Source: Takakia lepidozioides
Taxonomy: Eukaryota; Plantae; Bryophyta
Length of the DNA: 64,000 nt
NCBI GenBank assembly: GCA_030704615.1
Contig: CM060731.1
Span: forward strand, 3,472,001-3,536,000
Reading direction: 5' to 3'
Below, piece by piece: positions 19,441 to 33,044 of the stretch. The stretch's first letter is position 1; each line of letters begins with the position of its first letter. The position numbers and the translations under genes were made by a program. The notes beneath the pieces are model-generated. The model saw only the letters and a list, made by a program, of their open reading frames with translations. It searched no databases and had not been told where the DNA came from.

Positions 19441-21197
19441 AATGTGGCTCATGTAACCATTGAATTGTTAGACTTCGATCAACTGGTTGGCGGAGGTGAT
19501 GTTGCAGAATTGCAAAGAATGTCGTGATCCTTCGTGAACCTAACAATGAGACAATGATCTTGGGGATTATATGCGTAGTTTGGATTTAGCTAAAAAATAA
19601 CGAGGGTATTCCGATTGTAAAGACTAGCTTGTGTTGTGCAAATCTTATTATAAAGATGGACCGTTCTCAAATAATATAGTTTGTATTTGTTTGGATGGTG
19701 ATGCATAACATGGTTAGCTAGAATGTAATATACAATAAAGTATGATGGGATAAGTTGGATGAATGGTGTGTTTGCGTAGTGCGAAATCGGGGGGCTTTCA
19801 AACTTAAAGCAAGAAAAGTTGCATCTTTATTGGAAGTTCACATGCTAATAAGCACCTAGTGCGTGTACGTATAACTACAACTGCGCTAACCGAGGGGATA
19901 GTCTTGTAGTGTGGACTAATACGGAAGCTATATGCTTATGTACTTCACAAACTCTAATCGTGTAGCCTTGGGACGGAGTCTTAGTGTGGTTTTGACGTGT
20001 TCCTGTATTTCAGACCAACATATCAAGGCAGGCCCAATTGTAATGATTTGGGGTGTACAACGAGTTCAAGGTTATTGTTCTAGTTAAAGGGCTCAAGAAA
20101 AAGCCCGCACCTTTACCCAAGGTGATACCAAAAGGAGCATCATGGATGGTCACAAGCAAAATTGTTATTGCAGTCAGACGATTCGATTCTTGAGGAGGAT
20201 TGTGCCTTGGCCATAGAGAGGGCTGAGAAGAGTGCACTAGGTGGAGCTTGGGAAGCTCCACCCTCGGCTTGAACTAGAAGAGTTCGGCCAAAAATCTGAG
20301 CGTGTTGTCAGAATTAAGGGGGAGTTCGTTTCTTCAGCATGGGAACCGACTCCTTGGTGTGGGACGCCACACCTCGGTGATCAATATCCAAAAAGATTGG
20401 TTGGGTCGATGAGGACATCGACTCCTTGATAGTAGAGATGTGTGTCGTGACCATCTGCCTCAAAGGGCAAGAGGAGTCAAGACACGAAACGGTTGTCATG
20501 TGGTGGGGGCAACTTTGAAATTGGCCAAAAGATTGACGTCGAAGGGTATTACTGTTGATAGAGGTGTGTGTCGCGACCCTTTGCCTTGAGGGCAATGGGT
20601 CGGGACAGAGGAGGGGTTGCCCCTGTAGTGGGGGCAATGGTAGCGGGGTTGAATGATCATTGAGTGGCTAAGGCAGTGGCTGATGAACTCACTTGGTGGG
20701 GCCCCCAACCGTGGACGGTATTGGGACCGTGAGTGGGCTGATCATGGGGTGGTGGTTCGTGGAGGCCTATAATGGGTGGGGGGAACTCACAAGGTGGCTT
20801 TAGCCGATGGAAGCCGTGGGGGAGTCTTGGGATTCACCACGGGCTAATGGCGGGGAGTGGGCCGAGGCTCACCGCGACTCATCACATGGAGCATAGGGTC
20901 GTGGTGGTGGTGCACCAAAAAAGACATGGGCTGATTGTGAGACCCTGCCGACATTCACAGAAGCAGGTGGTACCAGCTAGCACAAAATCCTATGTGGATG
21001 CTATGCTGGCATTACTGGTAGTGACAGTGGTAACTACCAACTAAGCTTTACACCGGTGGTAACTTCAGACACCCCTCCCCGGCCTTCTCTCATCGCACGA
21101 GTGTCCATCGCCTTCACATACATATTATGAAGAGCCTACCATAGGTGTGAACAACTGAAAATGTTATATGAGAGCTATCTATTGTGCAGGTGTTAAT

Positions 21198-21902
21198 CAG
21201 TGTTGGACCGGTATCATAAACATTTCATACTAGCTAGGGTCTGGTATTGTCGGTGAAGAGGCCTCCTTCAGACTTGGCAGGTAATGGTATCAAAGTAGAT
21301 ATTAAACTTTTAATGTACCAGTCTGGTATGAACATTATTTTCATTTGGCCTGATATGGTATGGTATTAGTATTGCAAATTTCAAATCTTACATTAGGGGT
21401 ACATCAATATTGGTATCAATACAGCTCCATGGTAGAAATTCTCCCATGGTAGGTATAATTTGGACGTTTAAAAAAAAAGAAAAGCTGAATGCCACATTTC
21501 AGCTACTGAGTTCACCACTTCAGCCGCTGAGTGCCTTTATTTATAATAACAAGGAGGTACATAGATGGCAAGGGAAAAATAACCTTATAAGACTGAGCCA
21601 TACAGGCTGATAAATGAGACACTGCTCCGAGGCTAAGCAGATTTTTGAATAGCATATTGATAACATATTGACATCTAGGGTGCAAGCGACGGCGGAAGAC
21701 GAGTACTGTATCGACAAAGTTGCGTTCCTTGCGATACCAGGCTGGACTGGTAGGAGCATAGGTATTAGCATTTTACTATATTGCCCCCAATATGTTCTGC
21801 CCGGGGTACTGCCAGTTGCTTATACCCGCCTGGTCTGGTACCTGCTGTGATACCCTTACCCGCGCTGATACCTTGCCTCGCCCCATATACTGTCCAACAC
21901 TG
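21198..21902. mobile_element. Non-autonomous hAT-like MITE (~705 bp)
   Basis: Inverted ends CAGTGTTGGAC...GTCCAACACTG; subterminal TACCAG/CTGGTA motifs; only a partial 8-bp TSD (gtgttaat / gtgtcttt). Confidence 0.55.
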
Positions 21903-22254
21903 GTGTCTTTTTGTGTGAACAGAGAGGGAAAATGGTAAGGCCACAGTTCCTATGTCTCTAATAGATCTCTTGGGGAAGGTGCTACGAGTTTGCAAGTCCG
22001 GTGCTAAGCGTATTATCACATAAACTCTAGCACTAGGGGTGCGCGGACCTTTAGTTAGGGGGTGGTGTCCCCTTTGTATGTTTCACGACAATCTTTAGGA
22101 TATTTTGTCCCTGTCTTTCTTCTTTAATTTTTAATTTTTACTTCAATTTTTATTTTTGGAAAGGGGATGAAGCCCCAACACTTTATTGCATAAGGGGAAA
22201 AAATAAACCCCAGAGGGCCATGAAGCAAACACGCCATTTGATTAATTTGATTAA

Positions 22255-22350
22255 CCGACGGTCGGGCCCCTTAAGTTCAAGGTCCCTTTTCCCTGAAAAG
22301 AAAACAAAACACAAAAATCAAAAAAGGAAATAAGTTAGGGCTTTAGGGTG
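22255..22350 (+). promoter_or_regulatory. RPL6 promoter with GGGCCC site-II-like and telobox-like (TTAGGG) motifs
   Basis: gtcgggcccc at ~22261 and gttagggctttagggt at ~22334, upstream of a ribosomal protein gene. Confidence 0.4.
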
Positions 22351-22425
22351 AAGGCAGCGTACTGCCACTCTCTTTCTCGCCGTCGCTCAGAGAGAGAGGC
22401 AGGGCGGACGCAGACGAGGGCAGCG

Positions 22426-23610
22426 ATGGCCAAGCCTGCGCGAGCAAGCAGGAACAAGGAGGTGGTGCGGGGTGTTGGCCGATTCGGCCGATCAAAGACC
22501 TACCACAAGCGGGGTTTGTGGGCCATCAAAGCCAAGCATGGCGGCGAGTTCCCCAAGCATGCCAAGGCAGCCGTGGCGGAGGTAGCGCCCGCAAGGGCTC
22601 CCAAGTTCTACCCCGCAGATGATGTCCCCAAGCCCCTGCACAAGAACAAGGTCGTCAACCGGCCTAGTCTTCGGTAAGACAATCTATCGAGGTGTGGCGT
22701 TTTGTTGTAAGCGGGCCTTGAGGTGAATGGGTTTGCAATGCCAAGGGAGTGAGAGGGAGTAAGTTCTTATCATGTGGGCATTGGATTTCATTAGATCTTT
22801 CGTGCATGCAGGTCAAGCATCACTCCAGGAACAGTCCTCATTTTGCTGGCGGGACATTTCAAGGGGAAGCGTGTCGTCTTTCTGAAGCAGCTGGAATCTG
22901 GCCTTCTTTTGGTTACAGGTGAGTTGTACCGGGCTTGATAGTGATAGGCCATGGGCATCAAGTTTTCTTTAATTCTGACGCTTCGTTTGTCATGTTGAAG
23001 GTGACCTTAGGGTTTGTGTCGTCAGTGGGTTTGTTGCCTGAATACGTTTTTGTGCTGTCGTGCAGGGCCATTCAAGGTCAATGGCGTTCCCCTCAGAAGA
23101 GTGAACCAGGCGTACGTTATTGCCACATCAACAAAGATTGACATTGCGTCAGTGGATGTTGTGAAGTACTCAGACTCCTACTTCAAGAGGGAAGTGACAA
23201 AGAAGAAGAAGGGAGAGTCGGAGTTCTTTGAGGCCGAAGAGGAGGTAAATATACGGGCTTTGCCTCCTGAGGTTGCTTTGATTATTTGCACCAGGGTATT
23301 TGGTGCCTTATGCTTGTTGTCATGTTGAAGACAGACCATCAAAGGGAGGTACGGAAATTTGTTGGAAGGTTGTTGAAGTAGTTCCTTCTTTTTAAACATT
23401 TTGGCACTTTGGAATGCGGTGATGATGGGGATTGTGGTTATTCTTGTGCAGAAGGAAGAAAAGAGTTTGTCGCCCGAGAAGAAAGAAGATCAGAAGGCAA
23501 TTGATGCCAAGCTCGTTGCACTCATCGCTGCTGTTCCTGATTTGAAGTCCTACTTGAGTGCCAGGTTTAGTTTGAAGTCTGGTGTGAAGCCACATGAGCT
23601 TGTCTTCTGA
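22426..23610 (+). CDS. RPL6: 60S ribosomal protein L6 (eL6), 4 exons
   Basis: Exons 22426-22673, 22812-22918, 23066-23244, 23452-23610. [73 protein letters not shown]. Confidence 0.97.
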
Positions 23611-25247
23611 TTGCATCAAATTTTGTTTCTCGTATAAACTTAGAAGCTCAATCCTAAACTGCCGGAGTTTCTATTTAAGATCCTTTATGCAATGGATTTG
23701 TCTGTGGCCTCCGTGTCTTTTAATGCCCAGGTAATACTTTCCTTGAGTTTTCTATTGTAACAGGGTTCATATCTTCTTTAACTCAAATGCAATGTCTTGT
23801 TTCCAACACAATGCAATATCCGGCGTTTCCAGCCTAGCACCATAAATGGATTTCATCTCCTGCACCATCGTCTAGAAGTAACTGAAACACTTGAAGCTGC
23901 CACCAGTGTCATCGGGTGTAGTAGACCATCACTGAACGATCTCTTTTCAAGTCGACTTCCAAGATTTCCTGTCTGACTAAGCATATATTGTGGTTGAATT
24001 TGTCGGTTTACTAACTTTGTAACCCTCAGACTTAATCATTCATATTCATCTTGAAAAATGGCAGCTGAACTTGGTGCCATCTGCTTCATTACGTCTATAT
24101 CACCAGGCTGAGTTCTGAGTTCTGAGTTCTGAGGCCCAAGTCCCAAGTATTGAGAAACACTTTTTTTGGTTGTGTGGTAAGTTGACATTGACTTGCCTTC
24201 AATGCTCCCAAGTTTCTCACTTGCAAGTCTCTTCTCTTCCGGCCCTTCATGCTGCTCTTTTTGGTGCACAGTGGAGGTGCCAGACCATCTCTGGAGTTTC
24301 TCTCTCTAGGAAACCCAGCATGGGGCCTTCACCTTCCCCTAGCAGCCTTAGACAAGAGATAGGCCTGAATCACTCCTTAAAAATGGGGGGCCTCTTGAGG
24401 TAATCTATCGGCAACTAGCATTGTCAACTGTCGCTCAACTAGCAGCCTCTGCAGGACTGCGGTATCTTCCTCTATCGAAAATATTATACACTGGGCACTG
24501 ATGTGTGGTCTTCACTTCTTGCGGGGTGCAAGCTGGGCAATCCCATGTTAAACCAGCTGCCTGTCTCAATCTGGAGAGTATCTGGGCTGACACTGAAAGT
24601 TAGCAAAGACCTTTTAGCTGATGAGGAGCTCCTGCTGAACGAGCAAGACATTGGAACTAGTTATCCTTGATGTTGATGCAGTTAGCTTTGTAGAACTTGA
24701 GTTTGTAGGTGAGCTGATGTTCACCCAGTGTTTGCATATATTACAAGGATCAGCTGAGCAATGTGTCCATCGAAAAGATGATGGTCCTGAATAATGCCTC
24801 AAACCCAATTGGGGCCTGTGTCAAACTCTGCGAACATAATTCAAAGAGTGTGGTGGTGCTCCACACCTGATCGGTTTTTCAACAAAAGAGATCTGCCAAG
24901 GCTTGATACTCTCCTCTAATGTAATTCTGTTACCATTGGTCCCCAAACTTAACAGCCGCGCGAGTGCCAACTGAGCCAAAAAGCTACCCCTGGATGTGTC
25001 ATGTGAAGTTGGCTGCATTTACCTTGCAGTTTTGAGCAGCGGCACGGAGCTAGAGCTGCTTGTCTCCCAAACTAACAGAGAAGGAACTGTACAACATCTA
25101 TGGGAAGCCAAACAGCTCATTGACCAGAACACATCAGAGAGAGGCTCTCCATAAAAAAATGGACTCGGAAGGGATCTTGGGGATAGAGAACCTCCAGAGA
25201 GCTACCAAGACATCGAATGCAGATACCATCAACATTAACACTTCAAA

Positions 25248-27973
25248 TCACCAGTAATCCCCACAAGAACACACCCCATCCTTGAAGTGATGAAAGTGGT
25301 TGGAATCCCTTGCAATAATCTCTCGCCCAACAATCTTGGAGATGAACTTGGTTGCTGTATGGCAATCACCACATACCCGAAGGTTCTTGATTATGCGGAT
25401 AGGTGTCCCTGGGGGGGTGTTGATGAGCCCAAAAGCAATGGCCAGCTTTTCACTGTGGAAGCAGAGAGCCTGTTGCTTCATCTGCTGATCCACACCATGC
25501 AAGACAAAGGAAGTGTCGGGCACATATCCGGCCTCCTTCATCAGCTTACTCAACCTCTCCAACTCAAAATATATCTCCTCTCTTTCTGGGTGTAATCGAT
25601 CTTCCACAATAAATGTATGTACCTTGTTCTTAACCGCAATCCAGCTGCGCCCTGGCTCCTTTTCCACACCTCTGGCCTCCATTATTTTTCTCACCTTTAC
25701 TATATTATCCCCCATGCCAGCCGCAGCATAGATGTTTGAAAGCAACACATACACTGCAGCATTTTGTGGCTCCAACTTGAGAATACTTTCTGCAGCACTT
25801 TCTGCAAGCTCCACATTGCCATGGATTCTGCAGGCACCAAGCAACGTCCCCCATACCAAAGCATCTGCTTCAATAGGCATTTTGTTGATGAAGTCCCTCG
25901 CCTTATCTAAGTGCCCTGCACGGCCAAGAAGGTCAACCATGCAGCCATAATGCATCTGTGTTGATGTGATTCCGTACTCTCGGCCCATAGAAAGGAAGTA
26001 ATGATGGCCCTCATCCACCAGGCCCATATGGCTGCACGCAGAGAGAGCACCAATAAATGTCACATCATCTGGCTTCAACCCTTCACATTGCATCTGCTCA
26101 AACAATCGGAGGGCGTCTGTACCATGCCCATTCTGGGCATACCCTATAATCATCGCATTCCATGAGACCACATCTCTGTGAAGAATGTCATCAAACACTT
26201 GCCGTGCATCTGCCACACTCCCACACTTTGCATACATGTCAATGAGGGCAGTACCCAAACAGACATCTGACTCCAATCCAGATTTGCTGATGTGCGCATG
26301 GATCCATTTGCCCTCTTCCAAAATACCTAGGCTGGAGATTGCCTTTAGGATGCTAATATAAGTGACCCTGTCAGGTTTCACACCCTCTCTTTGCATTTGC
26401 TGAAATAGTTCAAATGCCTGTGCAGCATGTCCATCCTGAGCAAGTCCTGCAATAATTGCGGTCCAGGAGATCACATCTCGCTGGGGTATTCTGTCAAAAA
26501 CTTGCTGGGCATCCACCATACTCCCGCATTTGCAATACATGCTCACAAGAGCAGTCCCTATTCGGACATCTGACTCAAATCCAGCTTTGATGATGCATGC
26601 ATGGACCAGCTTACCTTGTACCAGATCTGATGGGGTGGCACTTGCATTAAGAATGTTAATGAAAGTCGACATGTCTGCCTTCACGCCCTCTCTTTTCATT
26701 TGCCTAAAGAGTGCAAAAGCATCCCTGGAGTGACCATGCTGAGCTAATCCCGTAATCATGGCATTCCATGCAATCACATTTCGTTCAGGCATTTTGAAAA
26801 ACACTCTGCGAGCATCCAGCACACTCCCACACCTGCAATACATGCTAACAAGGGCAGTCCCCACTCGGATATCTGACTCAAATCCACCTTCAATAATGCC
26901 TGCGTGGAGCTGCATGCCCAGGTCCCGAGCCCCTGGGGTAACACATCCCGTGAGGATGCTAATGAAAGTGACCTCGTCTGGCTCCAGGCCTTCTCTTTGC
27001 ATTTGCCAAAAATATTTGAAGGCCTCCTCACTGTGACCTTGCTGAGCTAATCCTGAAATCATAGCATTCCAGGAGACAACATTTCGTTCAGGCATTTTGA
27101 AGAACACTTGGCACGCATCTACCATACTCCCGCACTTGCAATACATACTGACAAGGGCAGTTCCCACTCGCACGTCTGACTCAAATCCAGCTGTAATTAG
27201 GTGCGAATGGAGCAGTCTCCCCTGTTTCAAAGCTGCCGGGCCAAGGCACGTCTTGAGGACGCTAATGAAACTGAACTTGTCCGCCTTCATGCCTTCTCTC
27301 TTCATTTGCCAAAAGAGCTCTAAAGCCTCGTCACAGTAACCTTGCTGAACTAATCCTGCAAGCATTTGATTCCATAAGATCACATCTCGCTCGGGAAGAT
27401 TATCAAATACTTGGCGTGCATCCACCACATCCCCGCACTTACAGTACATGCTGACAAGGGAATTTCCTAGGAAGATGTCTGGCTCATATCCACTTTTGAT
27501 GATGTGGGCATGAACCAGTTTGCCATCGGCGAGGGACTTTGTCTTTGCGCACTGCTGCAGAAGTCTAACGCAGGTGTCCGAATATGCCCGAAAGCCACGT
27601 TGCTCCATCACATTCAGAGCGTGCACTGTCCCCTCCCAGCGTCCCTCTTCGCACACTCTGCTCACATTCCCACTACTTTCCCAAGTGTCGTTGTTGCTAT
27701 CCTTCCCCGCTTGTTTTTGCCTTAGTCCTCCATCAAAATCAGACACGATGGTGGCCGCGCCACGACTCATACTCTTGCCCCCAGTCTGATGCCCTACAAA
27801 CCACCATGTCTGATTCAAGACTTGCAACCAGACCGTCCTGCAGGACAGAAGACATCCCTGAAATCAAGCCAAGGAAGCAGGGACGCACCTAATTCTTCAG
27901 CCCCTTCAAAGACAGACGAAAGGGATGGTACAAGAGCATACCTAGCACTCAGGGTCTCTCTTTGAAAGCCCAT
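25248..27973 (-). CDS. PLS-class PPR protein with E/DYW deaminase domain (organellar C-to-U editing factor)
   Basis: 859-aa ORF with P-L-S repeats, PG box (EPGRSWI), HSEKLA, CGDCH and terminal DYW. A short first exon 27973-27942 and GT-AG intron 27941-27838 give an in-frame ATG. Confidence 0.96.
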
Positions 27974-28053
27974 TTGAAGCCACCCCCTGCTACATCTTCG
28001 GCTGTGACTGTTCACTGTCCAGGGATGCGATGCAGTCCAGAGGCCATTGCATT

Positions 28054-28056
<3 letters not shown>

Positions 28057-28090
<34 letters not shown>
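28057..28090. repeat. (GA)n microsatellite
   Basis: Direct reading. Confidence 0.95.
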
Positions 28091-28091
<1 letters not shown>

Positions 28092-30407
28092 AGGAATCAA
28101 TTGAGTCTGCTGATCTCTAACTGACCTACTTGCTAACTTACTTTTAAACTTTGAAATGTGTTCGCACCACATTGGGTTGAAGATGAAGTTCAAAGTAGCC
28201 TTACTTGCAAGTGTGAAAGGCCATAAATAAGTAGGATAATTTGAAGCTATTCCAACATACTACATTTTGTTTCATTCCCTGGAAAGAAGGCATAGCCACC
28301 GTTGATCACCATGATTACTTAACGGGGTGGAAAAGTAGCTCTAACATTGTTCGAAGAACAGATGCGGAGGTTGTCACTTCGAGGTGAGAAATTCATCATA
28401 CATTGTGTACCATCATGAGGCACGGATACTTAAAGAGGGTAATAAGATGGTGCTCAGAGTTTGGAGGCCTAAGAGCCTAACATGTTTCCTACACGAGCTA
28501 TGTGCACAGGCCGCTGCTCCGGTTATATAACTTCGATCCGTTAGTCTCTCTTTCTGTGCAGCCAATTCCTGTGGGCAGATTTCTCTCTCCCTCAACGTGA
28601 ACTCTCAATGGTCAAACTCACTGGATCGATGTACTCCTGCCTTCAAACTAATTTCAGACTTGCGAGCTTTCTTTCCAGGCCCCTTTCTAATTGGCGAGTT
28701 TCAAAATTGTTGTTGCCAGACTTGGAGTGAAGCGTTATGTCAAATGGCCGAATATATATTAACACTGTCGGTATCAGTGCCCGCGAGGGTTCAGGGTTTT
28801 GGGTGTATACAAAGAGTACTTAGCTAAAGAAAGAGTTATTACTGCATACCTTTAGAAAGAAATGTAATGTTGAAAATGAATCTAGACTAAGTTAGGAAGT
28901 TCGAAGCCGGGAAACCTCAAAGAGCTTAAATGGGGTCCAAGAGTCTAAAGCTGATGAAACAAGAAAGAGAGAGGGGCGTCCACAAGCAGTCCAAAAGCAA
29001 CTGTTGAACATCAAGAACAGGGGATTTTCTAGTCTAGAGTCAACGCCTCATGCAGATATGTTGCTAAGCATTTCTGATCCTCGTAATGGAAGACCTCTGT
29101 GAGAGATGGGGTATCTTGGAATGAACTATAGAATCTTCCACGGATCTCATAGTAGAAAAGACAGTGAAAGAAGAAATGTTCATCAAGATTCACTCTCGCT
29201 TCACTATCTCACGTTGCTGGTTGTCGACCCCACCTATCACGAGACAGGTCTATCAACTGTGGATTTCGCAAAGAACAGTTAAGATAGAGAACTTTTCATG
29301 GTGAGATTCTGCAGCCAAATAAAATTGGTGCACAGTCGATCCTCAAAGCATCCACCTCCACTGAGTATTAAGCATGCTACTATGTATCGCCAGAGGATGC
29401 CAAACGACGTAGCTTGAAAGAACTACACCTTAAAGACTCTGCAAGCTGCCTGCATCCTCCATTGGCGTAGTCTTGAGTATCCGCCAGGTCTTGATAATGG
29501 AATTTAGTTTCCCTTGTTGCTTCCGTGACCTAGAACAAAACCTCCGGAGCTTTAGTTGCGCAATATTTGTTATTCGTCTGCTGTAACCTATATTCAGACA
29601 TCAGGAACATACCAATCACCAGATATGTGTGTATTTTCTCGTGCAGATACACAGAATGTTCAGCGCAAACTTATGCTATGGTCGATCTCATGAATAAACC
29701 AGATCAGGACTAAACTAATCGTGTTTGGAGTCTTAATAACAGTGTTAAGAATGGAAAAGGCGAGCGTGCTGCCGCGTTGTAGAGTAATATTACACAAGGT
29801 ACACTACGGCGGAAGCAATGCGATCACACTGCAAGGTCTACTAACTCACTCTTTTGTAGCATCCATAGGACCAAACAGTACGCGATACGATTCACGTCTA
29901 GCATTTCATAGATCATCCTTACAGAGGTTACTACAAGCAACACCAGATCTAGATGTACAGGCTTAAAGAAGAAGGGGTAGACATACCAATACCTGAGAGA
30001 TGGCCTGCGTCGTTCGAAGGAGCCCTATATTAGAACTGCGAGATAGAGAGAATCTTTCCATGGAGATAGAACAGGAGATCACTGAACTAAGAGTAGTAGC
30101 TAGCAGATATCTACGAAGAGACAATTGAGGCCGACCCTGAGAAGTGAGATCTCAGGTCTACATTGTTCATCTCTGGAGGGGAAGGAGTACACGTAGAACG
30201 GTAAATTACATTCAGACCTTTAGCTGTATCCAGCACTTGATATCTGGCACAGAGATTCAAGGATGCGTGGAACGCTATCCAGACGCTTATATCGAGCGAA
30301 GAATACAACTCGTTGAATGAAATTAAAGACTTAACAGCGAAACATCTCTAGGTACTGCGAGGACTTCATTAGTGGAACCAAAGACATTGTTTCATTGAAT
30401 TATCAGA

Positions 30408-30569
30408 GAAATGAAATGAAATGAAATGGTGCTTTATAACGTCCGCGGAAAGCTCGTAGAGCTTATGGGACAAAATGGAAGAAAACATGAGAGAGGAACA
30501 AATCCAGAAACCACAATTAATGTTCTAGCGATTGTCTAAGGGTGAAGGCCTCGTGTAGGGAGGCTGCCA
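30408..30569 (+). repeat. 162-bp inverted repeat, left arm (partner 31455-31616)
   Basis: Near-identical reverse complement of 31455-31616; begins with (GAAAT)n. Confidence 0.92.
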
Positions 30570-30852
30570 AGCATTTTTGAAATGCTTGAAATGAAATGAA
30601 ATGAAAGAGAGAGAGAGAGAGAGAGAGAATTATCAGAGAATTATCAGAGAGAGAGAGAGGACTCTTGAAAGACTACGGATAAGCTGACGCAGTGACTCAG
30701 AACTAAGCTAACAAATCGTAGAACAGAAACTTTGGTCACTTCCAGCCGCAAATTAATTGTGAATCGTTTTTAATGACAGCAAACTAGCTGCATACGCATA
30801 TCAAGTATAAATCTCGGAAGTATTATACATGTCCACATGTGCCACTGACATC

Positions 30853-31419
30853 TCAATTACTCTCCGGAGGAGAGCCCTGAGGATAGGTAGGATAGGTCTG
30901 GACTGCTACAACGTCCGAGAAGTGCACATTCTCAGCTTCACTGTCTGGTGGGATGGTGAGGGAATATTGGAGCACAGGTACTTGACCAGCCGGAACCACT
31001 ATTGCGCCAGTGTGCGATTCGTCCTCATCGATGCTCACTGTAGGTGGCTTGTCAACTGTCCATCCTTCCAGGTTGATGAGCACGTAAGATATCATCAGCT
31101 CTCCTAGCAGGTGGAAAATATGCATGAGGACAATCTGCGATGCAGGTCTATAGCTATTGACCTCGCCTCCTTCGAGAATGAACATTTTGTCCACTGCACA
31201 AGGCTGCACGCGAAATCGGTTTGGCCGGCTTCGCAATTGGACGTTGTTGGACCAAGTCCACCTGCCGCTCGATTTCTGCACTATACTGATGTCGAAACGC
31301 TGGTCGACAACGTCACCAAGTATCCTGATCGTCATTGTAAATGCGATCCTCTGTATCCATTGCACATTATGAACGTTAAGAGCTCGGACAGTCTGTGTCG
31401 TGAGGTCCATTTCCTCCAT
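30853..31419 (-). CDS. Intronless orphan protein, paralog 1 (188 aa)
   Basis: Intact ORF, highly similar to 32463-33044; no family recognised. Confidence 0.6.
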   Translation of the reverse strand: MEEMDLTTQTVRALNVHNVQWIQRIAFTMTIRILGDVVDQRFDISIVQKSSGRWTWSNNVQLRSRPNRFRVQPCAVDKMFILEGGEVNSYRPASQIVLMHIFHLLGELMISYVLINLEGWTVDKPPTVSIDEDESHTGAIVVPAGQVPVLQYSLTIPPDSEAENVHFSDVVAVQTYPTYPQGSPPESN

Positions 31420-31454
31420 TTCCTTCTTCCTAAGCTTCCAGGTTGCTCCCTACC

Positions 31455-31616
31455 TGGCAGCCTACCTGCACGAGGCCTTCACCCTTAGACAATCGCTAGA
31501 ACATTAATTGTGGTTTCTGGATTTGTTCCTCTCGCATGTTTTCTTCCATTTTGTCCCATAAGCTCTATGAGCTTTCCGCGGACGTTATAAAGCACCATTT
31601 CATTTCATTTCATTTC
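31455..31616 (-). repeat. 162-bp inverted repeat, right arm
   Basis: Reverse complement of 30408-30569. Confidence 0.92.
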
Positions 31617-32462
31617 CCTAGAAAACTGTTGTCCAGGCTGGAGATCATGGTTCTTATGCTCAGACCAGTACTCGTTCAGACGTTCAGACTTCATACGTCC
31701 TTGTTGAGGGCTCCAGCCATCGGGAAAAATAAAATTTCGTTGGATTCATAAATATTGTTAATATTTTTCTTATTACCTAGATTATCTTTTTGAACTGAGC
31801 GTGTCATGTGTACGTTATTCCTCATCTCTAGTCTAGTATACTTACATGTAAGATTTCGGGAGAGTAATGGAGATTTCAGTGGCACATGTTATGGACTACT
31901 TCAGAGATTCATACTTGATATGCCTGTGCAGTAGGCGCAAGTGCTGCTTGGTGAACCAGCTCGAGACAGTTGGAGGCCGATCCTGCGAACTTGTCGGACA
32001 CGGTTCCTTACTTTTTATGAGAATCATAGGGGAATATGTACACGAGGTTGTTCTAATGGTTAATATTCAGAAAGTTGTACATCCAGTAATTGATATCTGG
32101 TACGAAGACAGGATGCATGTCCAGAACGCTGTCCAGAAGCATATATCCAGCGAAGATTCTTCACGAGTTGAAAGACTTAAGAGTGAAATACATTCAGGCT
32201 AAGTACTATTAGTCGGTGGAATCAAGATATGTTTTGTTCTATATTGGATCAATTTGACAGTTCAATCCTGAGAGCGAGAGAGAGTGGACTCAAGACTATG
32301 GATGAGCTGACGCGATGCTAAGATTTAACAATTCGTGCGTACATAAAAGAACTAAGTTCGTCACTTCCAGCTGCCATTGTAAATCGTTTTGATGACAGTC
32401 GTTATATCAGCAATTTTATAGCTGCACAAGCATATGTATGTCAAGTATGAATCTCGGCAGTA

Positions 32463-33044
32463 TTAAACACGTTGATGATATGTGCCACTCGAATCTCCAA
32501 TATTACTACTCCTAGGTAAGGATAGCAACTGGTGGACTGCTACAACGTCGGAGAAGTGCACATTCTCAGCTTGACTGTCTGGTGGGAACCTCAGGGAATA
32601 TTGGAGTACAGGTACATGACCAGCCGGAACCACTATTGCGCCAGTGTGCGATTCGTTCTCATCGATGTTCACTGTAGGTGGTTTGTCAACTGTCCATCCT
32701 TCGAGGTTGATGTGCACGTAAGATATCATCAGCTTTCCTGTCATGTTAAAGGTATGCATGAGGACAATCTGTGATGCAGGTGTGTTGCTATTGACCTCGC
32801 CTCCTTCGAGAATGCACATGTTGTCTACAACACAGGGTTGCACGCGATTTCGGTCTGGCCGGCTTCGCAATTGGACGTTGTTGGACCAAGTCCACTTGCC
32901 GCTCGATTTCTGCACTATACTGATGTCGAAACGCTGGTCGACAACCCCACACAGCATCCTGATCGTCATTGTAAAAGCGATCCTTTGTATCCAGTGCACA
33001 TTCTCATGATGGTTAAGAGCTTGGTGAGCTTGTGTGTCCTCCAT
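32463..33044 (-). CDS. Intronless orphan protein, paralog 2 (193 aa)
   Basis: Intact ORF sharing WIQRIAFTMTIR...WTWSNNVQLRSRP...HFSDVVAV with paralog 1; flanks are also homologous. Confidence 0.6.
   Translation of the reverse strand: MEDTQAHQALNHHENVHWIQRIAFTMTIRMLCGVVDQRFDISIVQKSSGKWTWSNNVQLRSRPDRNRVQPCVVDNMCILEGGEVNSNTPASQIVLMHTFNMTGKLMISYVHINLEGWTVDKPPTVNIDENESHTGAIVVPAGHVPVLQYSLRFPPDSQAENVHFSDVVAVHQLLSLPRSSNIGDSSGTYHQRV

Noticed and set aside
22348-22425. N-terminal extension of RPL6
   Set aside because: The ORF track starts at a GTG; eL6 similarity begins at the ATG at 22426.
24036-25240. Possible gene between RPL6 and the PPR gene
   Set aside because: Only short ORFs, with no recognisable domain or consistent splice pattern.
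25248-25600. U-to-C (KP/GRP-type) editing factor
   Set aside because: It has a canonical PG box, HSE and DYW end, typical of C-to-U editors.
25287-27892. Plus-strand ORFs over the PPR gene
   Set aside because: Antisense shadows of the repetitive PPR coding sequence.
30408-31616. Pack-MULE capturing the orphan gene
   Set aside because: No shared TSD outside the two arms, and sequence on both sides is collinear with the paralogous block, so the gene was not moved as a unit.
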